Positions 1 to 10,845 of a stretch of DNA of 64,000 nucleotides are shown one piece after another; position 1 is the stretch's first letter, and every line of letters starts with the position of its first letter. Source of the stretch: a candidate division WOR-3 bacterium (GTDB lineage Bacteria; Hydrothermota; Hydrothermia; LBFQ01); the NCBI GenBank assembly GCA_027050205.1, contig JALUCS010000126.1, forward strand, positions 1-64,000, given 5' to 3'. The translations under genes were made by a program, and so were the position numbers. The notes under the pieces are model-generated. The model worked only from the letters and a program-made list of their open reading frames with translations, ran no database searches and was not told where the DNA came from.

Positions 1-1365
1 GGTCTCCGGGGGTACGTAGGGGGGGAGGTTGTCGTAGCCTATCACGCGAGCCACCTCCTCTATGACGTCCTCCTGAAGGGCTATGTCCGTCCGATGCTCC
101 GGCTCAACGACGGTTATACCCTCCTCGCTCCTCCCCTCAATACCGAAGCGGAGCCTCCGGAGTATGTCCTCAAGGTCCTCCGGGACGTATCCGAGGTACT
201 TCCGCAGCTTCTCAAAGGAGAGGAAGACCCTCCTCGGCCTCTCCACCTCACCGACGACCACGGGCCTGCCGTACTCCGCTCCCACCCACTCCTTCAGGAG
301 GTTGGCGGCGTAAAGCGAACCGGGAAGGACCAGACGGGGGCTTACGTTCCTCTCAAACCTCCGGGAGGACTCCGTGCGGATGTTTAACCTTACGGAGGCG
401 AACCTGACGGCGTCCGGCCTGAAGTGGGCGCTCTCAAGGTACACTACCTCGGTGTCCTCGTAGGTACCGCTCTCCTCCCCTCCTATCACGCCTGCTATGG
501 CCAGCGGCTTCTCCTCGTCGGCTATCAAAAGGACCCCCTCCGGCAGGGAGTACTCCTTCCCCTCAAGGGAGACGAACCTCTCCCCCTCCCGCGAGGGCCT
601 CACCACCACCTTACCCTTGACCTTGCGGGAGTCAAAGGCGTGGAGGGGCTGACCGAGGACGTAGGCCACCCAGTTGGTGGCGTCCACGGCCGGGTTTATG
701 GCGTTGAAGCCCACGAGGTGGAGCCTGTACCGGATACCCTTCGGCGTCTCCCCCTTTCCGAGCCTTATGGCTCGGAGGGTGTAGAGGTCGCACCTGTCGT
801 CCCGTACCTCAACGGGGAAGGTCTCGTTCAGGGTGGCCTCCTCCTCTATCTCCAAGTCCGAGAAGGGTACGCCCGTTATGGCGGAGATCTCTATGGCGAG
901 GCCTCGCACGCTCAACAGGTCGGGGCGGTTGGGGGTGATGTACAGCTGGAGGACGGTCTCGCCTAAGAGAAACTCCTCCCGGTACCTCTGCGGATCCTCC
1001 ACACGGGCCAGATGCTCGCTCTTACCCTCAAGCCCCAGCTCCTCGGCGGAGAGGAACATTCCCTCCGAGAGCCTGCCCCCTATCTCCTTGGGGGGTAGAT
1101 CCGCCCAGAGTAGGACCTCCCCAGGGCGGACGGTGTCCGTCGTGGCCACCGTCTTGAGGCTCCCCTCCACCTCCGCTTTGACCCACCTTATCCTCCCCGC
1201 CTCTTCCACCTCAACCACCCTCGCCGGCAGTACCTCGCCGAACCTCTCGCCTACCCTCTCCACCCCTTCTACCTCCACTCCGGCCCGCTCCAAGGCCTCT
1301 ATCACTTCGCTTTCCTTGAGTTGCCTGTCCAGAAACTCCAAAATATCCCCAATTATAACCCTCAA
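1..1365 (-). CDS. pheT: Phenylalanine--tRNA ligase beta subunit, 5' part (runs off window)
   Basis: Not in ORF track (no stop in window). Manual translation from TTG at 1365: MRVIIGDILEFL...AGVEVEGVE...SEGMFLSAEELGL...ITPNRPDLLSVRGLAIEISA, matching PheT motifs; TATAAT 9 nt upstream. Confidence 0.93.
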   Translation of the reverse strand, partial: MRVIIGDILEFLDRQLKESEVIEALERAGVEVEGVERVGERFGEVLPARVVEVEEAGRIRWVKAEVEGSLKTVATTDTVRPGEVLLWADLPPKEIGGRLSEGMFLSAEELGLEGKSEHLARVEDPQRYREEFLLGETVLQLYITPNRPDLLSVRGLAIEISAITGVPFSDLEIEEEATLNETFPVEVRDDRCDLYTLRAIRLGKGETPKGIRYRLHLVGFNAINPAVDATNWVAYVLGQPLHAFDSRKVKGKVVVRPSREGERFVSLEGKEYSLPEGVLLIADEEKPLAIAGVIGGEESGTYEDTEVVYLESAHFRPDAVRFASVRLNIRTESSRRFERNVSPRLVLPGSLYAANLLKEWVGAEYGRPVVVGEVERPRRVFLSFEKLRKYLGYVPEDLEDILRRLRFGIEGRSEEGITVVEPEHRTDIALQEDVIEEVARVIGYDNLPPYVPPET

Positions 1366-1386
1366 AGCGAAAAAATTATACGGGGG

Positions 1387-3108
1387 TTAATCACCCCGTC
1401 CGCAAGATTTCAGGAACCGCCTGTAGAACCTCAAACGGTGAGGGTCTATCATACCGTTGACCTCCCGGAGTATCGCCGGGTCTACGTTCTCCCCATCGCT
1501 GCACCTTATTATGAGCAGGTGAAGATAGACCTCCGGTAGGTTGAGGTCGTCCTCCGGAAGCCTCTCTATGGCACGCTCTACGAGCCTCTTCGCCCTCTCC
1601 CGCTTGCCGAGGAGGAAGTAGACCCACCCCTTCGTATCCAAGATGTGGTCCAGCTCACACAGGTCGTAGGCCCTATCCACCAAGACCTTCGCCGTGTCAA
1701 GGCGGTACTGCGTCAGGGCGAGGGTGTAGGCCCAGTTGTTGAGGACGGCGGCCAGCTCGCAGTCCTTCATCTTAAAGCCGTAGTGCTTGACGAGGTACGA
1801 GTACATAGCATGGGCGCTGTCGGGCATTCCGAGGAGGGCGTAGGTGTCCCCCAGCTCAAACCAGAAGTTCAGGCTGTCCGGGTACCTGTCCTTGAGGTTC
1901 CTCATTATCTTCAGGGCGAGGCGGAGGTCCCCGCGGCTCCGGGCGTACCAGTAGGCCTCAAGGTTGAGGGGGACGTTTCCCGGGTCCATCTCCACCAGCC
2001 TGCGGTAGTACTCCATCGCCCTCCTGGCATCCCCCTCCTTCCGGTAGAAGCGGGCGAACACCCACATCCCCAGAGGGTCCCTCTTATCCCTCTCCCGGAG
2101 CAAGTGGCCGAACTTGCGGGGGTTGTCCGAGACGGAGGAGAGGAGGAAGGCGTAGGCGAGGCGGTAGTCGTCGTCCTCCGGGGCCAGCTCGTAGGCCCTG
2201 CGGGCGTGCTTTAGGGCGGTCAGGGTGTCCCCCTTCCTAAGGAAAGCGTGCATAAGGAGGTTCCGGGCCTCCGGGTCGTCCCCTTTAACGGCCAGATAGT
2301 GCGCCAACTCCCTTATCCCCTCGTTGAGGTGGAAGGTATCCGGAGACATTATGAGAGCGTACCCCCAGTGGAGGTTGGGCCTCCTGAAGCCGAGCTCGTC
2401 GTACATAGCAGCGAGGAAAGAGAGGGCGTCCCGCCTACCCATCTTGGCGAGGAGGTCGGCTATACGGAAGCCTATGAGGGTGTCCTTCCGCACCATATAG
2501 GCCTCCTTGTAGTACTTCAGGGCCTTCTCCTCGTCCCCCAGACGGTCGTAGCACATAGCGAGGGCGAGATATACCCTCCTCCTCTCGTACCTATCTGCGT
2601 CCGATAGGGCCTCCTTACCGAGCCTGCGGAAGTACTTGAGGGCGGAGTCGCACTTGCCAAGGCGGGCGAAGAGGACGGCCGTATTTCGGAGTATCTCCGG
2701 CATCCCCTTTAGGGATAGGGACAGACGGTATAACCTCAAGGCCCCCTTCAGGTCCCCGTAGTTCTCGTATATCTCGCCGACGAAGCCCACCACTTCGGGT
2801 ACGGAGTCTATCCGCTCCCAGTACCTACGGACCACCTCCCTGAACTTTCTCTCGTCTCCCGTGGAGAATACCCGAAGGAGGAACCTCCTCCAGACGTAGG
2901 GATCCTTCGTCCCCCCCTCTATAAGGCTGACCGTCAGGCTGTCGGCGTCCATACCCATCCTCTCGGCCAACATCACCTTGAGGCTGTCGGGTAGGAAGCC
3001 GGAGCTGTCGCCGTACATCTCCAAGGCGGCTCCGGGGGAGACGGTGGAGAGGAGCATCACCCTTAGGTAGAGGTCCGCGGGGGAGGAGAGCAGGAGTAGG
3101 GCTATCAT
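1387..3108 (-). CDS. Tetratricopeptide-repeat protein, probably exported
   Basis: Repeated TPR helices (A..Y...G..E.A..YY); C-terminal LNNWAY...ILDTKGWVYF motif typical of periplasmic TPR proteins. Confidence 0.85.
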   Translation of the reverse strand: MIALLLLSSPADLYLRVMLLSTVSPGAALEMYGDSSGFLPDSLKVMLAERMGMDADSLTVSLIEGGTKDPYVWRRFLLRVFSTGDERKFREVVRRYWERIDSVPEVVGFVGEIYENYGDLKGALRLYRLSLSLKGMPEILRNTAVLFARLGKCDSALKYFRRLGKEALSDADRYERRRVYLALAMCYDRLGDEEKALKYYKEAYMVRKDTLIGFRIADLLAKMGRRDALSFLAAMYDELGFRRPNLHWGYALIMSPDTFHLNEGIRELAHYLAVKGDDPEARNLLMHAFLRKGDTLTALKHARRAYELAPEDDDYRLAYAFLLSSVSDNPRKFGHLLRERDKRDPLGMWVFARFYRKEGDARRAMEYYRRLVEMDPGNVPLNLEAYWYARSRGDLRLALKIMRNLKDRYPDSLNFWFELGDTYALLGMPDSAHAMYSYLVKHYGFKMKDCELAAVLNNWAYTLALTQYRLDTAKVLVDRAYDLCELDHILDTKGWVYFLLGKRERAKRLVERAIERLPEDDLNLPEVYLHLLIIRCSDGENVDPAILREVNGMIDPHRLRFYRRFLKSCGRGD

Positions 3109-6100
3109 TTCAGTATCATCTTCCTAAGCCTCCGCCCCTCCGGCGTCGCGAGGGATAGGAAGTACGCCCCTACGGGCAACCCTTCCAACCTTATAGAAAT
3201 TTCCACTTTCCCCGTACCTATGTAGGTTTTACCGAAGATCAACCTTCCTTCCACGTTGTAAATTTTAACCCCGAGCTCACCGTAGGACCACCCCGTTATC
3301 CTCAACTCCCTCCCGTAGAGGGATACCTTCAACCCCTCCGGGCGGGACCTACGGCCTTCCCTTAGGTTGACGATGAGGGTGTCGGGCATCTCAAGGGCGC
3401 CGTATCCGGAGTTCCACCTGTTCCCCCTCACCATCGGCCAGCTTAGGCGGGTGTAATGACCCAACTTCCAGCAGTACAGGTGATGGCCGCTCGTATGGGC
3501 GCAAAGCTCCACGAGGCTGTCCCCGTCCAGATCGTAGAGGAGAGGCCCGCCCTGCACCACCTCCTCCCTGAAGCGGTCGCCGTGGCCGAGGTCCATAGGG
3601 AAGCCGAGGAGGTCGCCGTAGTAGGTCTTACCCCACAGGACGCTCCTTCCGGAGGAGAAGAAGACCTCCTCCCTTCCGTCCCCGTCCACGTCCCCTCCTA
3701 CGAACCTACGGCCGAGGGGATGGATGTCGTCATGGTGGGAGAGGAGGGCGGAGCCGTCCCCGTCCTCAACCACCAAGTCGTACATATTGAGCCGGGCGTA
3801 CTCCCATCCGGGCGTGCCGTCCCACTCAAGGGGCATGGTCACGTCCGCCTCCGGGAGGATGGGGAAGGGTACGGAGTCCATCCTCCAGGACTCCGGGTCA
3901 AAGACGTACGCGTTGGTGGCGGCGTTCAGGAGGACCTCCCAACGGCCGTCGTCGTCGGGGTCGTATATCCTCGTTCCAACGTAAATCGGATAGGGGAGAG
4001 TTAGGACGGTGTCCGAGCAGTCTGCCCGCAGGATGACCACCTCGTGGCCGGAGGAACTCCCTTTAGCTACCACCTCCCACAGAGGATCGCCGTAGAGGTC
4101 TGCCGCCGACAGGTACTCGTCCGCCCACACGTAGGGGCCGCAGGCGTTGATGAGGTTGCCGTCCCCGTCGTAGAAGAGGACACGGTCCCCCACCTTTACG
4201 GCTATATCCGGGTAGGAGGTTTTGGTAAAGAGACCGAGGACGACCGGGCCTGTGGGTACGTCGGGCAGGGGGACGCGGTGCTTGAGGGTTCCGTCGGAGG
4301 ATAGGATGTACAGGGAGTGGGAGGGTCCGGCCGTACCGAAGACCACCTCGTACTCCCCGTCCCCGTCCACGTCCCCCACAGCCGGTGGGGCCGAGATCTC
4401 CGTAATGTCGGGCAAGGTATCTATTGAGTACCTCCAGAGGAGCCGGCCGGAGGAGGAGAAGACGCTGACGTAGTTATAAACTGAAGGGACGATCAGTTCG
4501 TACCCCGGTGAGGGGAGGAGGTCGGCGGCGAGGAGGTGCGAGCGGTACCCGCCGAAGAGGACGTCCCGGACGAAGAGGAGGGGAGGGTTCGGCCTCTGAC
4601 AGACCGGAGAGGAGGCATCCCCTATTATACCGCCCACAACGGGGGAGACCCTGTAGCACCTGACCCCCCAGCCACTGTACCCGTCCTCAACCGTGTTCCA
4701 TTCGCCGGGCAGGACGGACAGGACCCTCCAGCCGTCCCCCGTATCCACCTCAACGAGGGCGTTGTCGTAGTCTCCGTCCCACATCAAGCGCACGTACCCG
4801 TCCCCCGGCTCGGCGGATAGTACGGGAGGCGTAGGTAGGGAGTCGGGGACGACTATAAAGGCTAAGGCCGTATCCCCCTCGGCGTCCGTTATCCCGAAGG
4901 AGAGGGTGTTTCCGGGGGATAGAGGGGAGGGGAGGAGGACAGGGATGCTGTCCGTGGAGCCGAGAGGTAGGGAGGGGAGGGTGCCGATGTAAGAGGGAGT
5001 CAGGTCCCCGCCGATGAAGTTGGCCGTTATAAACGTAGCCGGGCTACCACCTCCGTTCGCAACGAGGAGGAACAGGGTATCCCCGGCCAACCTCCCACCG
5101 AGGAAGGAGAGGGAAGGACCCCTGCCTATAACGAAGAGGCTGTCCCCTACCGGCGTACAGGTCGGACACCTGACGGTCATGTACCCCTCTACCTTCCTGT
5201 CGCCGGCGAAGGACGAGGAGGGGACCTCCAGGGAGAAGGGGAGGGAGTCGGTTATGGGGCCGAGATATAGGGAGTCGGGGCGTAGGGGAAAGGGGGCGTA
5301 GAGTACTACCCAGACGCTGTCCAAGGGCGTAGGGGCGTAGACCACACCGGAGATACGGAGGGTGTCCCCGGAGGAGAGGGTGTCGGAATAGGTGTAGCGA
5401 ATGGATACGTCGGTGGGGCCGTAGGTCAGGGTGGAGATGTGGGGAAAGTAGCCCTCGGCGTAGATACCCACCTTGAAGGGGCCGGGGTGGAGGCCCATCA
5501 ACCTCACCGTAAGGCTACCGGAAGAACCCACCCTCCACCTGCCTATCACCCTGCCGTCCTGAAGGACGCTGACGAGGGCGCCCAAAGGTACCCCGGAGAC
5601 GGAGAGGGTGTCGGAGGATAGGGATACGGAGGGGGTAAAGGTGGAGGGGACGTCCCGGTAAAGCCGTAGGGACGGATCCCCAACGAGGTGGTAGCTCAAG
5701 GCCTCGTAGATGTAGGTGAAGTAGTACCCGGAAGATGCGGCGAAGTGCTTTAGGTGCAAGTCCACCATCCCGGCGAAGAAGCCGGAGGTGTCAAGATAGG
5801 CCTCCCTGAAGGAGGAGGCCACCATAGGGATAGCCGACCCCGGAGAGCTCTCCTTCGTTGGACCGTAGGAGGCTATACTCTTCCCCTCCTTATACACGAG
5901 GACGTTTATTGAGTTGGTGTGGGGGGAGTTGACGAAGCAGCCTATGTGCATCCAGAAGACGGGGGTACTGTCCGTACGGAGGCGGGGGATGTCCTGCGCC
6001 AGGAAGGGGACGGTGATGGTGTCAATATTCACGATGAAGGTGCGGTAGTTGGAGTGGGAGAAGGCCATAACGAAGGTGGAGTTGGCCACCGAATCTACGA

Positions 6101-7139
6101 ACTCCCCCATGCTCACATCCCGCTCCGGTACGTCCACCTCGCAGAGGGAGTCGTAGGGTAGGGACGGGGGGACGTAGTTGGCCATGCTCTCCACCATGGA
6201 GCAGGCGTCGTTGTCCATGTAGAAGCGGGAGGCGAAGAGGAGGATGTTGGGCGGGAAGGGGTAGTTGTAGTGGGTCTCGTAGTACATCACCCTCCTGACC
6301 ATCTCCATGGCCTCCTGTAGGTCCGTCGCCGGCATCCTACCTACGGCCACATCCATCCACAGGTCAAGGCTGTCCGAAAACTGGCCAAAGTCCCAGTTGC
6401 CGTCGGAGTTCCAGTCCCCGTCCAGACACCCGTAGTACGCGTCGCTCTGCATCTCGTCCCCGTAGTCATATGGCCAGGCCGAGGGCATACGGAGGCGGGG
6501 GGAAGGGACGTGGAACCTGTCCCCACCCAAAAGGAGGAACTTTACCCCCCAAGTTCCGTAGAGGTACCGTACGAAGTTCCTTATCCTCTCCGCCGGCGTC
6601 CTACCCGGGTAGGAGAGGGCCTCCTCCAAGGTAAATACGGCCGTCCTTATGCCAGTAAGGTTCTTGAACTCGGCGAGGCTGTCAAAGGCCGGCTTCAGGT
6701 CCGGCGTCGTAATTATAGCGAGATCTAAGGAGTCCGTCCCCGGCAACGTCGTTGGGGACGTCCCCACCCCCACCCTTGAGACCTCAAGCCTCACCTCCCT
6801 GTTCCGGTAGTACCTACTCCCTTCCTTGGTAATTTCAAACACGAGGACGCTCGCCTTCCTTATCCCCCTGTACGTCCCGTACCTGACCAAGACGGGGGAC
6901 GAGGGGACGGGCCTCGGCTCAAGGGGGAAACTCCCCCCATCCAAAAGGGTGAAGGTGGGCGTTATTTTGGGGCTGACCTCCACCCTATCCACGCCCACCA
7001 TCCGCACCGCGAGGCTCTCACCGGGGAGGAGGTCGTAGGTCAGGACCTTCAACCTACCCTGCGGCACACCCGGAACCTTCACCAGTAGATCCCCTTTCCC
7101 GAACCTCACCGTAAGGATAGAAGCCGTCAATAGGAGCAT
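3105..7139 (-). CDS. C25 (gingipain-like) cysteine peptidase with FG-GAP repeats and T9SS-like C-terminal domain
   Basis: FLLLGGD, SDAYYGCLDGDW, DVAVGRMP, HIGC, YHLVGDPS motifs; GDVDGDG repeats; tail IYNVEGRL...LPVGAYFL...KMILK. Confidence 0.85.
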   Translation of the reverse strand: MLLLTASILTVRFGKGDLLVKVPGVPQGRLKVLTYDLLPGESLAVRMVGVDRVEVSPKITPTFTLLDGGSFPLEPRPVPSSPVLVRYGTYRGIRKASVLVFEITKEGSRYYRNREVRLEVSRVGVGTSPTTLPGTDSLDLAIITTPDLKPAFDSLAEFKNLTGIRTAVFTLEEALSYPGRTPAERIRNFVRYLYGTWGVKFLLLGGDRFHVPSPRLRMPSAWPYDYGDEMQSDAYYGCLDGDWNSDGNWDFGQFSDSLDLWMDVAVGRMPATDLQEAMEMVRRVMYYETHYNYPFPPNILLFASRFYMDNDACSMVESMANYVPPSLPYDSLCEVDVPERDVSMGEFVDSVANSTFVMAFSHSNYRTFIVNIDTITVPFLAQDIPRLRTDSTPVFWMHIGCFVNSPHTNSINVLVYKEGKSIASYGPTKESSPGSAIPMVASSFREAYLDTSGFFAGMVDLHLKHFAASSGYYFTYIYEALSYHLVGDPSLRLYRDVPSTFTPSVSLSSDTLSVSGVPLGALVSVLQDGRVIGRWRVGSSGSLTVRLMGLHPGPFKVGIYAEGYFPHISTLTYGPTDVSIRYTYSDTLSSGDTLRISGVVYAPTPLDSVWVVLYAPFPLRPDSLYLGPITDSLPFSLEVPSSSFAGDRKVEGYMTVRCPTCTPVGDSLFVIGRGPSLSFLGGRLAGDTLFLLVANGGGSPATFITANFIGGDLTPSYIGTLPSLPLGSTDSIPVLLPSPLSPGNTLSFGITDAEGDTALAFIVVPDSLPTPPVLSAEPGDGYVRLMWDGDYDNALVEVDTGDGWRVLSVLPGEWNTVEDGYSGWGVRCYRVSPVVGGIIGDASSPVCQRPNPPLLFVRDVLFGGYRSHLLAADLLPSPGYELIVPSVYNYVSVFSSSGRLLWRYSIDTLPDITEISAPPAVGDVDGDGEYEVVFGTAGPSHSLYILSSDGTLKHRVPLPDVPTGPVVLGLFTKTSYPDIAVKVGDRVLFYDGDGNLINACGPYVWADEYLSAADLYGDPLWEVVAKGSSSGHEVVILRADCSDTVLTLPYPIYVGTRIYDPDDDGRWEVLLNAATNAYVFDPESWRMDSVPFPILPEADVTMPLEWDGTPGWEYARLNMYDLVVEDGDGSALLSHHDDIHPLGRRFVGGDVDGDGREEVFFSSGRSVLWGKTYYGDLLGFPMDLGHGDRFREEVVQGGPLLYDLDGDSLVELCAHTSGHHLYCWKLGHYTRLSWPMVRGNRWNSGYGALEMPDTLIVNLREGRRSRPEGLKVSLYGRELRITGWSYGELGVKIYNVEGRLIFGKTYIGTGKVEISIRLEGLPVGAYFLSLATPEGRRLRKMILK

Positions 7140-7151
7140 CGGTCTCGGATT

Positions 7152-7787
7152 TTAAGGCTGCCCGCCTCCGAAGGCCACCTCCTTGGCCCGCAGGATGTCC
7201 TCCAGTATCATCCCCTTCAGTCTGGGGTTCCGGAGGGCGGCGGCCGGGTGGTAGGTGCATACTCCGGGTATCCCGTATCGGGTGCCGTGGACCTTGCCCC
7301 TTATCTCCTTCATAGGGGGGTTGTCCGTCCTACCGAGGATGTAGAAGGAGCTGTACCTCCCCAGACAGAGGAGGACCCTCGGCTGCACCAACCTTATCTG
7401 GAACTCAAGGTAGGGGGAGCAGGCCCTTATCTCGTCGGGGAGGGGGTCCCGGTTGTTGGGGGGCCTGCACTTCAGGACGTTCGTAATGTAGAAGTCCCTC
7501 TGACGGCTTAGGCCCGCCTCCTCTATCAGCCTCGTCAGGAGCTGCCCCGCCCGGCCGACGAAGGGCTTCCCCTTCAGGTCCTCGTCCCTACCCGGAGCCT
7601 CCCCTACGGCCATTATGGGGGCGAAGGGGCTTCCGTCCCACACCACCACCCTGGTCCTCCGCAGGTGGAGGCGGCACCTCTTACACTCCTCAACCTTCCG
7701 GGTGAGCTCCTCGTGTATCCGGAGCCGGTTCTCCGTCTTCAGGACCAACTCGTACAAACCCAGACCCTTCAGGAGCTCCTCGTTCAT
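7152..7787 (-). CDS. udg: Uracil-DNA glycosylase, family 4 (Fe-S)
   Basis: C..C.L, GEAPG..ED..GKPFVG, KCRPPNNR, TYHPAA motifs. Confidence 0.95.
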   Translation of the reverse strand: MNEELLKGLGLYELVLKTENRLRIHEELTRKVEECKRCRLHLRRTRVVVWDGSPFAPIMAVGEAPGRDEDLKGKPFVGRAGQLLTRLIEEAGLSRQRDFYITNVLKCRPPNNRDPLPDEIRACSPYLEFQIRLVQPRVLLCLGRYSSFYILGRTDNPPMKEIRGKVHGTRYGIPGVCTYHPAAALRNPRLKGMILEDILRAKEVAFGGGQP

Positions 7788-9313
7788 GTCTCATCCTCCG
7801 AGGGGGTGGAGACCGCAGCGTAGAAGCCCAACCATACGAGGAGTACGAGGATAATGATCCGGGCGACCCACTGGCCCGTATTTCCGGTTATCAGCATACT
7901 CGGATCCTTCAGGTTCTGGGTGACCCACATGAAGGTTATGACGGCGAGGAAGGCGAGGGAGACCGTACCGGTGAGGTAGGCCACCCACTTCGGCAGCCTT
8001 ATCTGGGCGCCCTTGTTCAGCTCCCGGTGGAAGTTCTCCGGGCCGAATATCCAGACGAAGAGGATGATCTCCACGAGGCCGAACAGGATGAGCATGAAGC
8101 TGCCCGCCCAGAAGTCCAGCTCGTCTATGAATTTGGGCAGGAATATAGCGAAGTGCGCCCCGATTACGACCGTTACCATAGAAACGGCGACGGCCTTGGT
8201 GTGGCTCCAGCGCAGCTCGTCCTCAAAGAAGGTTATCATTGGCTGTATCAGGGCGACGGAGGAGGTGAAGGCGGCTATGAAGAGGAGGAAGAACCAGAGG
8301 AAGGAGTAGAACTGACCGCCGGGGAGGGAGTTCAGGGCGGCCGGCATGCTCATAAAACCTATGCGGAAGGTCCCGGCGGAGGCCAACTCGGATATGCTGG
8401 CGGGTCCGAAGAAGACGAAGGCGGCCGGTATGGCGATGGAGGAGCCGAGGACCACCTCAACGAACTCGTTCGTACTGGCCGTCGCCATCCCCGTGACGAC
8501 GATGTCGTCCTTCTCCCTGACGTAGGAGGCGTAGGTGGCTATCGCCCCCATACCGAGGGACAGGGTGAAGAAGATCTGCCCCGCCGCCTCAACCCAAACC
8601 TTAGCGTCAAAGATACGGGAGAAGTCCGGTTTCCAGATGAACTCAAGCCCCTTAACGGCGCTCCAATGCTCGTTCGGCCCCTTTGAGAAGAATATGACCA
8701 CCGCAAGGAAGATGGCCATTACGATGAGTAGGGGCATGCCGTATTTGGCGAGGACCTCAATGCCGTACCGGACCCCCCTCTGGAGGACGTACCAGTTGAG
8801 GAGGACCGTTATCCAGAAGATGAGGTACGCGAAGGGGGTAGGCCTGGTGTACTCGGCGAGGAAGGCCCCGAAGGGACGGAGGGCCTCGGCCGTATCCGCC
8901 GTCCTTATCGGTTCTGGGAGCCACCCGAAGAGGGCGCTAAGGGAGAAGCCGAGGGTCCAGGATTCTATATAGATGTAGTACATTATGATGAGGACGGGGG
9001 CTGCCACCCCCACCACGCCTATGAGCCTACCGATGAGCTTGGCCCTGCGGGAGCGGAAGAGGGTCCCGATTATACCCACGGTGGAGCCGTGGCCCCTCGC
9101 TCCCCCGTACCTGCCCGCCATCCACTCCACCCACATCAGGGGGAGGCCAAGGAGGGCGAGGGAGACGAGGTAGGGGATCATAAAGGCCCCACCACCGTAA
9201 AGGGCCACCTTTGAGGGGAATCGCAGGAGGTTCCCAAGGCCTACGGCGTTCCCGGCTGTGGCTAAGACGGCACCGATGCGGGAGCCCCAGTGTTGTCTCG
9301 GTCTCTTGGCCAT
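7784..9313 (-). CDS. Sodium-dependent transporter, NSS/SNF (LeuT-like) family
   Basis: GNAVGLGNLLRFP and GQIFFTLSLGMG motifs; about 12 TM segments. Confidence 0.95.
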   Translation of the reverse strand: MAKRPRQHWGSRIGAVLATAGNAVGLGNLLRFPSKVALYGGGAFMIPYLVSLALLGLPLMWVEWMAGRYGGARGHGSTVGIIGTLFRSRRAKLIGRLIGVVGVAAPVLIIMYYIYIESWTLGFSLSALFGWLPEPIRTADTAEALRPFGAFLAEYTRPTPFAYLIFWITVLLNWYVLQRGVRYGIEVLAKYGMPLLIVMAIFLAVVIFFSKGPNEHWSAVKGLEFIWKPDFSRIFDAKVWVEAAGQIFFTLSLGMGAIATYASYVREKDDIVVTGMATASTNEFVEVVLGSSIAIPAAFVFFGPASISELASAGTFRIGFMSMPAALNSLPGGQFYSFLWFFLLFIAAFTSSVALIQPMITFFEDELRWSHTKAVAVSMVTVVIGAHFAIFLPKFIDELDFWAGSFMLILFGLVEIILFVWIFGPENFHRELNKGAQIRLPKWVAYLTGTVSLAFLAVITFMWVTQNLKDPSMLITGNTGQWVARIIILVLLVWLGFYAAVSTPSEDET

Positions 9314-9354
9314 AGTCGTCTATTGTAATGAAGAAAACGGCTTAAAGAACGAGT

Positions 9355-9708
9355 TTATTCCCTTACCGTTGCCTTGAACCTCTCCACCTCGTCGGCCAGA
9401 CTCTTTAGGACGTAGGTCAGGACGGCGGCGTCGTCCACGTACCCCACTATGGGCAGGAAGTCCATTACAGCGTCCGTAGGGACGAGGAAGTAGAGTAGGG
9501 CGGCGGCGAGGGCGAAGATGGTCCTGTTGCTCAACCGGTACCTACCGCTCAAGGCCTCCCGGAGCATAGCGACCGTCAGGAGGAGGTCCCCCAGGATACC
9601 CTTCGGCCCCCCCTTCCTCAACCTCCCCTCCGCCTCCTTCAGGATCTCCCTTACGTCCCCCATCCCCCTAACGCGGGACAGGGCCAACCGGAACAGGAAC
9701 TTCCCCAC
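9355..9708 (-). CDS. YkvA/DUF1232 small membrane protein
   Basis: ALLYFLVPTD..DFLPIVGYVDD motif. Confidence 0.9.
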   Translation of the reverse strand: MGKFLFRLALSRVRGMGDVREILKEAEGRLRKGGPKGILGDLLLTVAMLREALSGRYRLSNRTIFALAAALLYFLVPTDAVMDFLPIVGYVDDAAVLTYVLKSLADEVERFKATVRE

Positions 9709-9731
9709 AGGGAAATTTTAAGGCCGGAACC

Positions 9732-10700
9732 CTACCGGTTCCTTTTAGTGCGGTCGTACCTCTCAACCCACCTCCGGAGCTCCTCCTTGGAGGAGGCGTA
9801 GTCAAATGCTTCATACACGACGAAGAAGTTCTCCGGGTCTACCACCCTGGGGTAGAGGAGCTTGGCCGCCTTCAGCCGATCGTTCTCAAAGTCAAACTCC
9901 TCCAGTATGGCCAACACCTGCTTGGATGTGAAGTAGTTCTTGGAAGCGGCCTCCTTAACTATCGCCATCTTCTCGTCGGAGAAAGAGGCGTCCTCTAAGG
10001 CCTCTATGAGCCTCTCAAAGGCCTCCGGATCCATCGGCTCCCTGTCTTCCTCCTTGTTGAGGTGCTTGACGTACAGGGTGTTCTCCATCCCGTCCTTGAC
10101 CTCCACCTTCCCCTCCCACTCGCCGCGGCCGCACCTCAACCTCACTATGTAGAAGCCGGCCTTCAGGTACTTTCCCGTAGGGGTCGTCGCCTTATGGACG
10201 CGATGGCCGTCCTCGTCCAAAACCTCGCAGGAGCATCCCCTCGGCTCCTTTATCCGCAGGTAGGTCCTCCCGTAGGGCCGACGCACCACCGTATAGTCCC
10301 CGTACTCCTCCCTCTCCTCCGTCTTCTCCCCATCCTTCTGCTCCATGTACTTGATGTAGAGAACGTTGTCCATCCCCCTCTTTATCTCCAGAACCCCGCT
10401 CCAGGAGTAGTCGTCGTAGCTGACGTTTATGCGGTACTTACCCGGCTTCATAGCCCTGGTGAGGGGTAGGTGGCTGGAGAGGACGAGGCGGTGGCTGCCG
10501 GCGCGGTATATGCGGACGGAGGCCCCTTCGGGGGAGGGGATAACGAGGCGGGTCATCCCCGTCCTCGCCCTGTAGAGGACGTAGGTATCGGTCTCGTACA
10601 CTTCCTCGTACGCGTCCTCGTCGGGTAGGTCCACCCTCACCCTGGCCCTCCCTCCATCTACGTCTATTTGCAAACCTTGTGCCATTAACACCAACAGCAT
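9732..10700 (-). CDS. Exported protein with two internal beta-rich repeats and C-terminal DUF4476-like domain
   Basis: Repeats ...WSGVLEIKRGMDNVLYIK / ...WEGKVEVKDGMENTLYVK; C-terminal F..D....K.....YFTS.QV..IL..FDFENDRL..AK..Y. Confidence 0.7.
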   Translation of the reverse strand: MLLVLMAQGLQIDVDGGRARVRVDLPDEDAYEEVYETDTYVLYRARTGMTRLVIPSPEGASVRIYRAGSHRLVLSSHLPLTRAMKPGKYRINVSYDDYSWSGVLEIKRGMDNVLYIKYMEQKDGEKTEEREEYGDYTVVRRPYGRTYLRIKEPRGCSCEVLDEDGHRVHKATTPTGKYLKAGFYIVRLRCGRGEWEGKVEVKDGMENTLYVKHLNKEEDREPMDPEAFERLIEALEDASFSDEKMAIVKEAASKNYFTSKQVLAILEEFDFENDRLKAAKLLYPRVVDPENFFVVYEAFDYASSKEELRRWVERYDRTKRNR

Positions 10701-10768
10701 AACGAGTCTATTCTAAGGACGTGTCGGTGTAAGGGGGCGGAACCGACGAATACACCCTCCAAACCGCT

Positions 10769-10794
10769 GATTGTTCCTATAAGATAGAACAATT
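10769..10794. repeat. 26-bp palindromic motif copy
   Basis: gattgttcct-ataaga-tagaacaatt. Confidence 0.75.
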
Positions 10795-10819
10795 GCGTAC
10801 GGCCGCCCTACGCCGCCCC

Positions 10820-10845
10820 TATTGCTCCGCTTAAGGAGAGCATCA
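10820..10845. repeat. 26-bp palindromic motif copy (weaker right arm)
   Basis: tattgctccg-cttaag-gagagcatca. Confidence 0.6.
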